A stretch of DNA of 64,000 nucleotides from Candidatus Omnitrophota bacterium (lineage in GTDB: Bacteria; Ratteibacteria; UBA8468; MWAK01). Numbering within the stretch: the first letter of the stretch is position 1; every line of letters starts with the position of its first letter. Positions 8,852-17,011 of this stretch are shown in pieces. The notes under the pieces are model-generated. The model did no database searches, was not told where the DNA came from, and worked only from the letters and a program-made list of their open reading frames with translations. The translations under genes were made by a program, and so were the position numbers. The stretch lies in the NCBI GenBank assembly GCA_043826355.1, contig JBDRQI010000036.1, positions 32,001-96,000 of the forward strand, in the 5' to 3' direction.

Positions 8852-9625
8852 TTACAGGCGATTGATAAGGTTAGCCAGCATTAAGACCGCTTCCTTGCAA
8901 ACCCTTTCTCCCAACTTACGACTGGCCCTCTCCGGGAAACCCATCACCCCGACCTTTATCCCCGAATGTTGACTGACGTAAGGAAAGACCGATTCTATCT
9001 CTACCGGCTTCTCTTTAACCTGGTAAGCATCCTGGTCCTTGCGCAGCATCTTTACAATTTCCGGTTTGTCTAAAACCGGTTTTTTAACCAATTTTGGATA
9101 CCAGTAAAGCATTAAAGAGGTCTCCATGTAACCGGCGTGAAAATCCCTTTCGGCAAAAGCTTTCTTAAAAATATCGGAATCTTTCCAAAAACGGAATAGG
9201 GATACAACTACGCTCTTGTCCGGGAGCCGCTTCCTCAAAAATGCCTCAATGCCGTCTTCAATTGCTCTCTCATTCTCCGTTCCGCCGTGACCCGGCACCA
9301 AAACTATCTTCTTGAATCCCTGCTGGCCTAAAGAGGCCATAATTTCAGAAATAAGCAGCGACACCACCGGCGGGCTTATGTTAATGGTACCCGGCAGAGT
9401 TCCGCCGGAAAAGGCATAATTGAGAACCGGCGCTACCAATGCGCCGGTTAAAGCTGAAGCGCCGCGGCAGATTTCAAAAGCGTTGTGGCTGTCAGTTGAT
9501 AAAGGCAGGTGAAAACCATGCTGTTCGCAGATACCCAGCGGAAGCAAAATTACCTTCTTTGCTTTTATTGCCTCTCCTGCTTCTTTAACTGTCATCTCTT
9601 CCATCAATAAAGGCTTCCTTTTCAC
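8852..9625 (-). CDS. Creatininase-family amidohydrolase
   Basis: PLGICEQHGFHLPLSTD, GHGG.EN, HAGYMETS. Confidence 0.92.
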   Translation of the reverse strand: MKRKPLLMEEMTVKEAGEAIKAKKVILLPLGICEQHGFHLPLSTDSHNAFEICRGASALTGALVAPVLNYAFSGGTLPGTINISPPVVSLLISEIMASLGQQGFKKIVLVPGHGGTENERAIEDGIEAFLRKRLPDKSVVVSLFRFWKDSDIFKKAFAERDFHAGYMETSLMLYWYPKLVKKPVLDKPEIVKMLRKDQDAYQVKEKPVEIESVFPYVSQHSGIKVGVMGFPERASRKLGERVCKEAVLMLANLINRL

Positions 9626-9675
9626 TTTAACCTCCCATTAACCCCTGAAATATTACTAAGATTAACCGCAGAGAA

Positions 9676-10953
9676 TTACTGAAGATTATCTTTACTTTGC
9701 GGTCTCTGCAAACTCCGCGGTTCATCTTTTATCTGCAGGGGGTAGTCAGTAAAAAAATGCTCCAACGCAAAGGTGGCTCCGCCGAGCGTACCCGCCTCTT
9801 CTTCCAACCGGGAAACCGCAAATTCCAGATACTTCCCACCCAGCAAAGTTCCGCTCCTGATAATATGCTTCAGGTGTTCCAGAAAATAATCACCGGCCCG
9901 GGCGAAATTCTTATCCAGAACAACTAATTGAGGATTAAAAATATTTACCGTGTTGGATATGGCTGTACCAAGATAGGAAACGGCCTCACCCAAAATTTGC
10001 TGACAGAGACGGTCGTTATTTTTGAAACCGTCTAAAATCATTAGCCCGGTTATCTTTTTTGGCTTCCCGCCGGACATCTCCAGCAGTAACGAACTTGTAC
10101 CAAACTCTATAAGTGTTCTTGCTTTTTGCGCCAGGGCCGGAAGCGCACAGATTGCCTCCAGACAACCCAAACCGCCGCAATGACACGGAGTCTGGTCTCC
10201 CTGAAAATGGTAGTGACCTAACTCTCCGGCCATCTCCAACGAACCCCTGATCAGGTTACCGCCGCTGACAATTCCGCAGGCAATCCCTTCACCGTATTCT
10301 ATGCGCAAAAAATCACTGTAACCTTTCCCGGCTCCTTTAATCTTTTCAGCCAGAGCCATTGCCTGGGAAGTCCCTAAAAGGTAGACTTTAACCTGAAGCT
10401 CCTTCTCCAGGAACTGACGGGTGGGCACATCTCTCCAGGCGGGAATAAAAGTTGAAAAGAGAGAGATCCCGTTCTTAACATCAACTACCCCCGGATCAAC
10501 AAAACCAAGCCCGACGACGTCTTTCCAGGAAACGGAATTTTCGCGGACAAACCGGGACGCTGCCTCAATCAAATTTTTCAGAACTTCAAACTTACCCAGG
10601 TTTGTACCGCAACGGATCTTTTTCCGACCGACCTGATTCCCAGTCAAGCCAAGAGCCAAAAATCCGAAAAATCCGTGTCCCAGTTCAACGCCGATTGCGT
10701 ACCGGGTTTTTGGTTTCAATTCAAGCAGCACCTGATTGCGGCCTGCCTTTCCGGGTTTCTGCCTGACCTTTCGGCTCTCATAAATTAAGTTTTCTTTGAT
10801 TAGCTGACGAACCGCATGCGTGATTGAAGCCAGCCTTAACCCGGTGGCCTTGCGCAGTCCGATACGGCTGATAGAACCACTCCTGTGAATAACATTAAGA
10901 ATTGTTCTTCTGTTTTCGAGCGGCATCGAAAGCCGCTTGCTTAATTTTTTCAT
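9676..10953 (-). CDS. ROK-family transcriptional regulator
   Basis: N-terminal HTH (ISRIGLRKATGL), GELGH, CHCGGLGCLE; start placed at MKKLSKR. Confidence 0.92.
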   Translation of the reverse strand: MKKLSKRLSMPLENRRTILNVIHRSGSISRIGLRKATGLRLASITHAVRQLIKENLIYESRKVRQKPGKAGRNQVLLELKPKTRYAIGVELGHGFFGFLALGLTGNQVGRKKIRCGTNLGKFEVLKNLIEAASRFVRENSVSWKDVVGLGFVDPGVVDVKNGISLFSTFIPAWRDVPTRQFLEKELQVKVYLLGTSQAMALAEKIKGAGKGYSDFLRIEYGEGIACGIVSGGNLIRGSLEMAGELGHYHFQGDQTPCHCGGLGCLEAICALPALAQKARTLIEFGTSSLLLEMSGGKPKKITGLMILDGFKNNDRLCQQILGEAVSYLGTAISNTVNIFNPQLVVLDKNFARAGDYFLEHLKHIIRSGTLLGGKYLEFAVSRLEEEAGTLGGATFALEHFFTDYPLQIKDEPRSLQRPQSKDNLQ

Positions 10954-11065
10954 ATTTGAAAATATTTTACCCAAAAAAAGCAACGTAGTCAAATCAACTT
11001 TGTGTTGCTGCCAAAATTTGACCATTTAGACAAATTTAGGATAAAATTACAGGAAAATATAGTTT

Positions 11066-11141
11066 GCGCCGTTAGCTCAATCGGCAGAGCAGCTGACTCT
11101 TAATCAGCAGGTTGAAGGTTCGATTCCTTCACGGCGTACCA
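11066..11141 (+). tRNA. tRNA-Lys (anticodon CTT)
   Basis: GCGCCGTTAGCTCAATCGGCAGAGC...CT-CTT-AA...GGTTCGATTCC...ACCA. Confidence 0.97.
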
Positions 11142-11156
11142 CAACTTGTTAATCTA

Positions 11157-11348
11157 CGTGAAGGAATCGAACCTTCAAAGGGTGCGGGAAAAGGTATTTT
11201 CCCGCGCAGTCGCGGCGGGGATGGAAGATTAGGGAAGGGAAGCACCCTTCCCTAAAACGGAGCGCAAGGCGGATGTTAAGACCTGGCAGTGCAAGGCCGC
11301 CAGGGTCTATCCGCCGGGAGCGGAGTGATTCGTTTCCTTCACGGCATA
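11157..11348. repeat. tRNA-Lys-associated element bounded by inverted and direct copies of the tRNA 3' part
   Basis: 11157-11178 is the exact reverse complement of 11112-11133; 11329-11348 matches 11119-11138 at 18/20. Confidence 0.85.
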
Positions 11349-11398
11349 AGTAGTGGTTAAATAAACCACCCTTGCGGTATAATAGTACAGGATATAAC

Positions 11399-11480
11399 GC
11401 GAGGGTGGCGGAACTGGCAGACGCGCCAGACTTAGGATCTGGTGGGTAATTCCATGGGAGTTCAAATCTCCCCCCTCGCA
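11399..11480 (+). tRNA. tRNA-Leu (anticodon TAG)
   Basis: GCGAGGGTGGCGGAACTGGCAGACGCG...CT-TAG-GA, variable arm, GTTCAAATC; followed by CCG. Confidence 0.95.
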
Positions 11481-11492
11481 CCGCTTGAAACA

Positions 11493-11619
11493 GGGGAGAT
11501 TTGAAAGGAGCGCAGGGGAAAAGGTTTTCTCCTGCGATATTCGGTTCGGGGATAGATTCCAGGAAGGGAAGCCCCCCCTTTCTGGAACAGAGCGATAGCG
11601 GAGTAATTCCCCCCCGCAC
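11493..11619. repeat. tRNA-Leu-associated element
   Basis: 11493-11505 is the reverse complement of 11461-11473; degenerate direct copy at 11605-11619; core similar to the Lys element. Confidence 0.8.
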
Positions 11620-11674
11620 TCTGCAAGGTGAATTCGGAAGGGGCATAGCTCTTCCTTATACACAAATTTATTAC

Positions 11675-11746
11675 GCGGGAATAACTCAGTGGTAGAGTAC
11701 GACCTTGCCAAGGTCGGAGTCGTGGGTTCGAATCCCATTTCCCGCT
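11675..11746 (+). tRNA. tRNA-Gly (anticodon GCC)
   Basis: GCGGGAATAACTCAGTGGTAGAGT...TT-GCC-AA...GGTTCGAATCC...TTCCCGCT. Confidence 0.96.
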
Positions 11747-11761
11747 CTGTTCTTTCCCTGA

Positions 11762-11875
11762 AAACGGGATTCGATGGGAGCGAAGTCAGCCGATGCGACG
11801 AATAGGTAACATCGGCAGCGGGTGGCCGAGTCGAACGCAATGAAGTGAGACCGCCGAATCCCATTTCCCGCTCTG
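11762..11875. repeat. tRNA-Gly-associated element
   Basis: 11762-11774 is an inverted copy (12/13) of 11728-11740; 11855-11875 is an exact 21-nt direct copy of 11729-11749. Confidence 0.85.
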
Positions 11876-11912
11876 ATGTTAGCGACTACGTTAAAACACT
11901 ACGTTAGGATGT

Positions 11913-11943
11913 GGATTCCCGATTTAAACATTCGGGAATGACA
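11913..11943. repeat. GTCA-type palindrome (ATTCCCG...CGGGAATGACA)
   Basis: Related copies at 26415-26490, 36254-36283 and 55260-55290. Confidence 0.75.
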
Positions 11944-12030
11944 GATTTTGGTACAAGCGACCCTGAAAGTTTACCCGCTGTAGCCAGTTTTTGCATAGGT
12001 AGGGGTCGCACTATGAAAGAAATTGAGTAA

Positions 12031-12738
12031 GTGAATAGTAAAAGATTGGGGTGGCTATTTTTTTTCATCCTGCTCCTCCTTATTTCCGGATGCAGTTTTA
12101 AATTCAGCCTCAATCCTGCAGAAACAGCACCGTCTGGAATTTACCATACCGTGCAGAAAGGTGAAACTCTCTGGCGTATCGGCCAGGCATACGGTTCTTC
12201 CGTGTCGGCAATCAAGGACGCCAATAATCTGAAAAGCGACGAGATTAAAATCGGCCAGCGTTTACTGATTCCGCACGCAAAAGAAACAAAAAAGATTCCA
12301 CCGTTTCCACAACCCCGGGCCGGCCAACCGCCAAAACCGCCGGTAATCATCAAACCTGTACCTAAAAAAACAATCGGAACGCCGGTATTTTCCTGGCCGC
12401 TTTCCGGAAAAATTCTTTCCACGACGGAAGAAGCAGAACGCGAAAAAAAGATTGGCATTGAAGGAAAGCCCGGGGAAACAATTATAACGAGCCGGGCCGG
12501 CCAGGTCTTCTTTACCGGGGAAACAAAAGGGTATTCTTCTACACTCATCGTTGACCATCTGGATGGATTCTATTCTGTTTACGGCGGTGATATCGAAATT
12601 ACGGTGCATAAAGGAGAAAGACTGGCTAAAAATGGTATAATCGGGAAAATGATTTCAACCCGGGAGAAACCAAAGCTTTTTTTCGAAATCAGACAGGGTA
12701 CCGAACCGGTGAATCCACTCAATTATTTAAACAAATAA
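12031..12738 (+). CDS. LysM/M23-like lipoprotein (NlpD-like)
   Basis: Lipobox ISGC, LysM YHTVQKGETLWRIG, FSWPLSG, degenerate M23 domain (LFFEIR..PVNP). Confidence 0.85.
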   Translation: MNSKRLGWLFFFILLLLISGCSFKFSLNPAETAPSGIYHTVQKGETLWRIGQAYGSSVSAIKDANNLKSDEIKIGQRLLIPHAKETKKIPPFPQPRAGQPPKPPVIIKPVPKKTIGTPVFSWPLSGKILSTTEEAEREKKIGIEGKPGETIITSRAGQVFFTGETKGYSSTLIVDHLDGFYSVYGGDIEITVHKGERLAKNGIIGKMISTREKPKLFFEIRQGTEPVNPLNYLNK

Positions 12739-12757
12739 ATGGGTTAATGTGAATTTC

Positions 12758-12807
12758 GTAGGGGCGCCATTCATGGCGCCCGCGGGTCGGATAAATCCGA
12801 CCCCTAC
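12758..12807. repeat. GTAG-type REP doublet
   Basis: GTAGGGGCGCCATTCATGGCGCCC followed by inverted GGGTCGGATAAATCCGACCCCTAC. Confidence 0.85.
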
Positions 12808-12820
12808 ATTTACAAACAAA

Positions 12821-13960
12821 ATGGGCTACAACGGAATTGAAGAAAAATTTTTAGCGCCGTATGCGATGAAACCGTCCTTGAGCCGGGGGCGTGAATTTCC
12901 GGAAAAGGAACACCCTTTTCGCTCTCCGTACCAGCGGGACCGGGACCGCGTAATCCACTCCACCGCTTTCCGCCGGCTGGAATATAAAACCCAGGTCTTT
13001 ATTGTCCACGAAGGCGATTATTACCGCACCCGGCTGACCCACACGATAGAAGTGGCCCAGATAGCCCGGACAATCGCCCGCGCCCTGCATCTAAACGAGG
13101 ATTTAACCGAAGCGATAAGTCTTGCGCATGATTTGGGTCATACCGCTTTCGGTCACTCCGGCGAAACTGCCTTGAAAGAGTTGATGAAAGATTACGGCGG
13201 CTACGAACACAACCGTCAGAGTCTCCGGGTCGTGGAAAAACTGGAAAAAAAGTATCCGGATTTTAAAGGTCTGAACCTGACTTATGAAGTCCGCGAAGGT
13301 ATCATCAAGCATACTTCCGAATATGACGCCCCGCCGGAAGCAAAAAGGTTTTTTCCGAAAGAGTCGCCGACCCTGGAGGCGCAGATTGTAAACCTGGCCG
13401 ACGAAATCGCCTACACCAGCCATGACGTGGACGACGGCTTGAAATCCGGGCTAATCACCGCTGAGGAACTTTCGCGGGTGTATTTATGGAAGGAACTTTA
13501 CACCAAAGCGGAAAAGAATATCAGTCGCGACCCGGAACTGGTCTGGTATCAGACGGTGCGTAACCTGATAGACCTTTTGGCAACCGACTTAATCAACGAA
13601 ACCGGGCGCCGTATTGCCGGGTTAAAAATTCGGGATTTAACCGACGTCAGAAAGAACGAACTCCTGGTAAAATTGAACAGCCGGACAGGCGAAAGACATC
13701 AGGAATTGAAAGATTTTCTTTTAGAAAAGATGTACCATCATTACCGGGTCATCCGAATGTCCGAAAAAGCGAAAAGAATCATGGAAGGACTTTTTAAGGT
13801 TTATTTGAAGCAGCCCAAACAGATGCCGCCGGGTGTTTACGCCAGGATTGAGCAGGGTGAAACGGCCGCCCAGGCAGTCTGCGATTATGTCGCCGGCATG
13901 ACCGACGAATTCGCCCTGCAGGAATATAAGAAGTTGTTCGACCCGTATACACGAGTCTAA
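12821..13960 (+). CDS. dgt: dGTP triphosphohydrolase-like HD protein
   Basis: RDRDRVIHSTAFRRLEYKTQV, RTRLTH, HDLGH, DYVAGMTD. Confidence 0.95.
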   Translation: MGYNGIEEKFLAPYAMKPSLSRGREFPEKEHPFRSPYQRDRDRVIHSTAFRRLEYKTQVFIVHEGDYYRTRLTHTIEVAQIARTIARALHLNEDLTEAISLAHDLGHTAFGHSGETALKELMKDYGGYEHNRQSLRVVEKLEKKYPDFKGLNLTYEVREGIIKHTSEYDAPPEAKRFFPKESPTLEAQIVNLADEIAYTSHDVDDGLKSGLITAEELSRVYLWKELYTKAEKNISRDPELVWYQTVRNLIDLLATDLINETGRRIAGLKIRDLTDVRKNELLVKLNSRTGERHQELKDFLLEKMYHHYRVIRMSEKAKRIMEGLFKVYLKQPKQMPPGVYARIEQGETAAQAVCDYVAGMTDEFALQEYKKLFDPYTRV

Positions 13961-15097
13961 ATGGATAACGGCCTCCTCTGGCAAGTAGCGCTTAACCTTG
14001 TGCCTAATATCGGGTCCGTAAAAGCAAAGGCGCTTCTGGACTATTTTCCGCAGCCGGCTGATATCTTTAAAGCCGGAAAATCCGACCTGATGAAGGTTGG
14101 CAAGTTGAGTTTCCAGGATACGGAAACTATTCTGGGATTCAAAATGGAAACGGCGGAAAAAGAATTACGCCTTGCAGAGAAATACGGTTTTGAAATTATC
14201 CCGCAAAATGACCCCCGGTATCCCGGACTTCTAAAACAAATTCCCGACCCCCCGGTATTACTTTACGTCTGGGGCGCCTTTAAAGAAATCGACCTCCTGG
14301 CGGCCGCCATCGTCGGAACTCGGCTCTGCAGCCCATACGGAATGGTTCAGGCGGCCCGTTTTGCCGCCGGTATCGTCTCGGCCGGTTTCACGGTGGTCAG
14401 CGGCCTGGCCAAAGGCATTGATACCGCGGCCCACCAGGGCGCCCTGAGAGCGAGAGGGCGGACCGTCGCCGTTCTGGGAAGCGGACTCCTGGACATCTAT
14501 CCGGTTGAAAACCGCAAACTGGCCGAAAAAATAGCTTCTTCCGGCGCGGTCGTTTCCGAACTTCCTTTAAAGATGCGCCCGGACCGCCAGAACTTTCCGA
14601 GACGAAACCGGATTATCAGCGGTCTGTCCCGGGCGGTATTGGTTGTGGAAGCCGGAAACCGGAGCGGCGCCTTGATTACCGCTTCTCTGGCGCTGGAACA
14701 GGGCAGAGAGGTCTTTGCGCTGCCAGGCCCAGTGGACCAGGAAATGAGTCTGGGCACTAACAATCTTTTGAAAGAGGGGGCGCAAATTGCCACGGAACCG
14801 GAGGATATCCTGCTGGTCCTCGCACCCACTCTTCCGTTCCCTGATAAAGAAACGGCTCCGGTTGAAAAAGGGACTGAATCCAAAGACAAGGGCACCGGAC
14901 AAGACCGGCCCCATGGTACATTGTCCGCTGATTACCCAGAACTAAAAACGCTTTTCTTAAGCGGGAAACCGGTTAGCATTGAGGCGATTGCGACCCACCT
15001 TGACCTCTCCCTAGCCGAAGTCGGCTCCCTCCTGACCCGGCTGGAACTTGAAGGCAGGATAAAAGAAGTGCCCGGAAAACGCTTCACCCTGCTTTGA
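13961..15097 (+). CDS. dprA: DNA-processing protein DprA
   Basis: AIVGTR, VSGLAKGIDTAAH, FPRRNRIISGLS, SGALITA. Confidence 0.96.
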   Translation: MDNGLLWQVALNLVPNIGSVKAKALLDYFPQPADIFKAGKSDLMKVGKLSFQDTETILGFKMETAEKELRLAEKYGFEIIPQNDPRYPGLLKQIPDPPVLLYVWGAFKEIDLLAAAIVGTRLCSPYGMVQAARFAAGIVSAGFTVVSGLAKGIDTAAHQGALRARGRTVAVLGSGLLDIYPVENRKLAEKIASSGAVVSELPLKMRPDRQNFPRRNRIISGLSRAVLVVEAGNRSGALITASLALEQGREVFALPGPVDQEMSLGTNNLLKEGAQIATEPEDILLVLAPTLPFPDKETAPVEKGTESKDKGTGQDRPHGTLSADYPELKTLFLSGKPVSIEAIATHLDLSLAEVGSLLTRLELEGRIKEVPGKRFTLL

Positions 15098-15162
15098 ATC
15101 TTTGCCTCAAATAATGGTAAAATAGAGAGCCCAGCAAACTGGGCAACTACGTATATCCTGAG

Positions 15163-15223
15163 GTAGCCGCACCCTTCAGGGTGCGCAAACCTAATGGCAA
15201 GGCAGGCTAAAGCCTGCGGCTAC
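15163..15223. repeat. GTAG-type REP doublet
   Basis: GTAGCCGCACCCTTCAGGGTGCG ... GCAGGCTAAAGCCTGCGGCTAC. Confidence 0.8.
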
Positions 15224-15269
15224 CCTTGAAGACTATATGGATAAAGACGGATTGGTATAGGGAGGGCAG

Positions 15270-15851
15270 ATGAGAATCTTCAACCGTCTGGTAGCCTGGA
15301 TTTACAGTCTTGCCTCGCTTTACGTTTCCGTGCTCTTTATTCTGGTATGGCTGGACAAGGAGTTCGCCAGCCAATTTTGCCGGAAAATTGGAGAAACACA
15401 ACCATATAAGTTTGCTTTCGCCGGCGGCGGCCTGTTATTCCTGGGCGCAATCTGGCTTGTTTCTGCAACTGAACATCACTACCGCACCCGCTCCGTAAGT
15501 TTTTCCGGACCCGGCGGCTTGGTAAGGGTCCATCTTTCCGCCATAGAAGATTTTCTGGCAAACGAAATACGCCAGCACATTAAAGCGGTTAAGCGTATCC
15601 GGGTTTCAAGCATCATTGCGCCCAAAGGTCTCCAGGTTTACAATCAGGTTATCATCTGGGCCGGTTATGATATCCCGACTACAACCGGCAAGATTCAAGA
15701 CCTGGTAAAGCGCCTGTTGCAGGATACTGTAGGCGTGGAACGCCTGGGTGAAATCAAGGTTCTGGTATACCGCATCGCAACAACCGAGGAAGAAAACACC
15801 TCTAAAGAGGAAGAGGACGAATCAGAACTTGAAGATACGGAGATCGGTTAA
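15270..15851 (+). CDS. Alkaline-shock membrane anchor AmaP-like protein
   Basis: Two N-terminal TM segments, G.VRVHLSAIED, IQDLVKRLLQDTVGVE. Confidence 0.7.
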   Translation: MRIFNRLVAWIYSLASLYVSVLFILVWLDKEFASQFCRKIGETQPYKFAFAGGGLLFLGAIWLVSATEHHYRTRSVSFSGPGGLVRVHLSAIEDFLANEIRQHIKAVKRIRVSSIIAPKGLQVYNQVIIWAGYDIPTTTGKIQDLVKRLLQDTVGVERLGEIKVLVYRIATTEEENTSKEEEDESELEDTEIG

Positions 15852-15912
15852 TGGGTTGCCAAACAATAAAGTTGACTATTTGCCGGAGGTGATTTTATTG
15901 TTTAGCAAACCC
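15852..15912. mobile_element. Internally deleted 61-bp derivative of the 273-bp MITE
   Basis: Left part GGGTTGCCAAACAATAAAGTTGACTATTTGCCGGAGGTGATTTT matches the MITE left end and is fused to the right TIR ATTGTTTAGCAAACCC; TAA on both flanks. Confidence 0.75.
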
Positions 15913-15917
15913 TAACG

Positions 15918-16946
15918 ATGAATAATTTATACCGCATTGTTGACGCCAATTTTAACCGTACCCGGGAAGGCCTGCGCGTTCTGGAGGAATTAGCGCGTTT
16001 CAGCGAACAAAATCCGGTCTTAACCAAAACCCTGCGCGGACTGCGACACCGGATTTCGGTCCTGATGGAATGTTCGTTCCCGCGGCCGAAACTTCTGGCC
16101 AGCCGGCGAAGTGAAACAGACCTGGGCCGGAAATTCCGGCCGGAAAACCGGACCGGGAAAAAAGACTTCGTCCTGGCCAACAGTTTTCGGATTACCGAGT
16201 CCCTGCGTGTCCTGGAAGAAACGGCAGCGCTTTTGCAGCCGGAAACAGCCGCATCTTTTCAGGATTTGAGATTTTCATTTTATGACCTGGAAAAGAACCT
16301 GACCGTTCTTTACCGCAAAAAACTGCCGGACTACCCGGTCTACGTCGTTATTGACCCGGCGTTGTTTCCGGGTGACCTGTTGTCTTTTGTTAAAGCGCTC
16401 CTGGACGCCGGCGCAAAAATTTTCCAGTTGCGGACAAAAAAGATGCCGGACCGGCTGTTCCTGAAACTGGCTCAAAAGATACGCCTGGAAACCGAAAAAT
16501 TTGACGCCTTTTTTGTCGTAAATGACCGTCCGGATATCGCGGCCCTTTCAGATGCAGACGGCCTTCACCTGGGACAAACAGACCTTTCGGCAACAAAGGC
16601 GCGGCAGATTTGTCCGGACTTATTAATCGGCATCTCCGCCCGCTCCGTCCGGGAGGCGGAAAAGGCGATTGCCGAACGTGTTGACTATGTCGCGGTCGGC
16701 TCCATCTTCTCCACCGCCAGCAAAAAAGACGCGGCGATAGTCGGATTAAAAACTTTAAAAGAAGTGAAAAAAGTAACCGGCCGTACGCCGTTAGTAGCCA
16801 TCGGCGGCATTACCCCGGAAAACAGCGGCCGCGTTTTTGAATCAGGCGCAGATTACGTCGCGGTTATCTCCGCGCTGATGACCGCGCATCCGGAAAAAGT
16901 TTTGAAGGCGTTGGCCAAAACAAAAAAAGGTGTCATTCTGAGCTGA
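15918..16946 (+). CDS. thiE: Thiamine-phosphate synthase with N-terminal ThiD2-like domain
   Basis: RIVDANFNRTREGLRVLEE; QLR.K, VNDRPD, GLHLGQTD, AIGGI. Confidence 0.93.
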   Translation: MNNLYRIVDANFNRTREGLRVLEELARFSEQNPVLTKTLRGLRHRISVLMECSFPRPKLLASRRSETDLGRKFRPENRTGKKDFVLANSFRITESLRVLEETAALLQPETAASFQDLRFSFYDLEKNLTVLYRKKLPDYPVYVVIDPALFPGDLLSFVKALLDAGAKIFQLRTKKMPDRLFLKLAQKIRLETEKFDAFFVVNDRPDIAALSDADGLHLGQTDLSATKARQICPDLLIGISARSVREAEKAIAERVDYVAVGSIFSTASKKDAAIVGLKTLKEVKKVTGRTPLVAIGGITPENSGRVFESGADYVAVISALMTAHPEKVLKALAKTKKGVILS

Positions 16947-17004
16947 TTTTGCGAAGAATCTCGTTTTAAAAATAGATCCTTCGCAAGTACGGCTCAGGAT
17001 GACA
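16932..17004. repeat. GTCA-type palindrome pair overlapping the thiE stop codon
   Basis: GTCATTCTGAGC...GCGAAGAATCT ... AGATCCTTCGC...GCTCAGGATGACA; relative at 60369-60436. Confidence 0.8.
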
Positions 17005-17011
17005 AAACAGG

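Noticed and set aside
11066..11875. Prophage or genomic island attL/attR at the tRNAs
   Set aside because: The direct repeats are only ~125-210 bp apart with no integrase or cargo; reported instead as mini-elements.
11149..12113. ORFs of 64-185 aa across the tRNA cluster
   Set aside because: They overlap tRNA genes and repeat elements and have no recognisable protein motifs.
12031..12738. Loss of zinc ligands in the M23 domain as a novelty
   Set aside because: Degenerate M23 domains are well known in NlpD/EnvC-type amidase activators.
12749..12820. N-terminal extensions in the ORF track (dgt, ROK, NuoB-like, large subunit, GMP synthase B, rubrerythrin, PspC)
   Set aside because: They run through REP elements or upstream genes; downstream ATGs match the family N-termini better.
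14890..14912. Possible REP remnant in the DprA linker (GGGCACCGGACAAGACCGGCCC)
   Set aside because: Short and imperfect, in a naturally variable linker, with no matching copy in the window.
15852..17011. TPP riboswitch upstream of thiE or thiC
   Set aside because: The intergenic spaces are filled by a MITE remnant and a GTCA palindrome; no TPP aptamer core was recognised.
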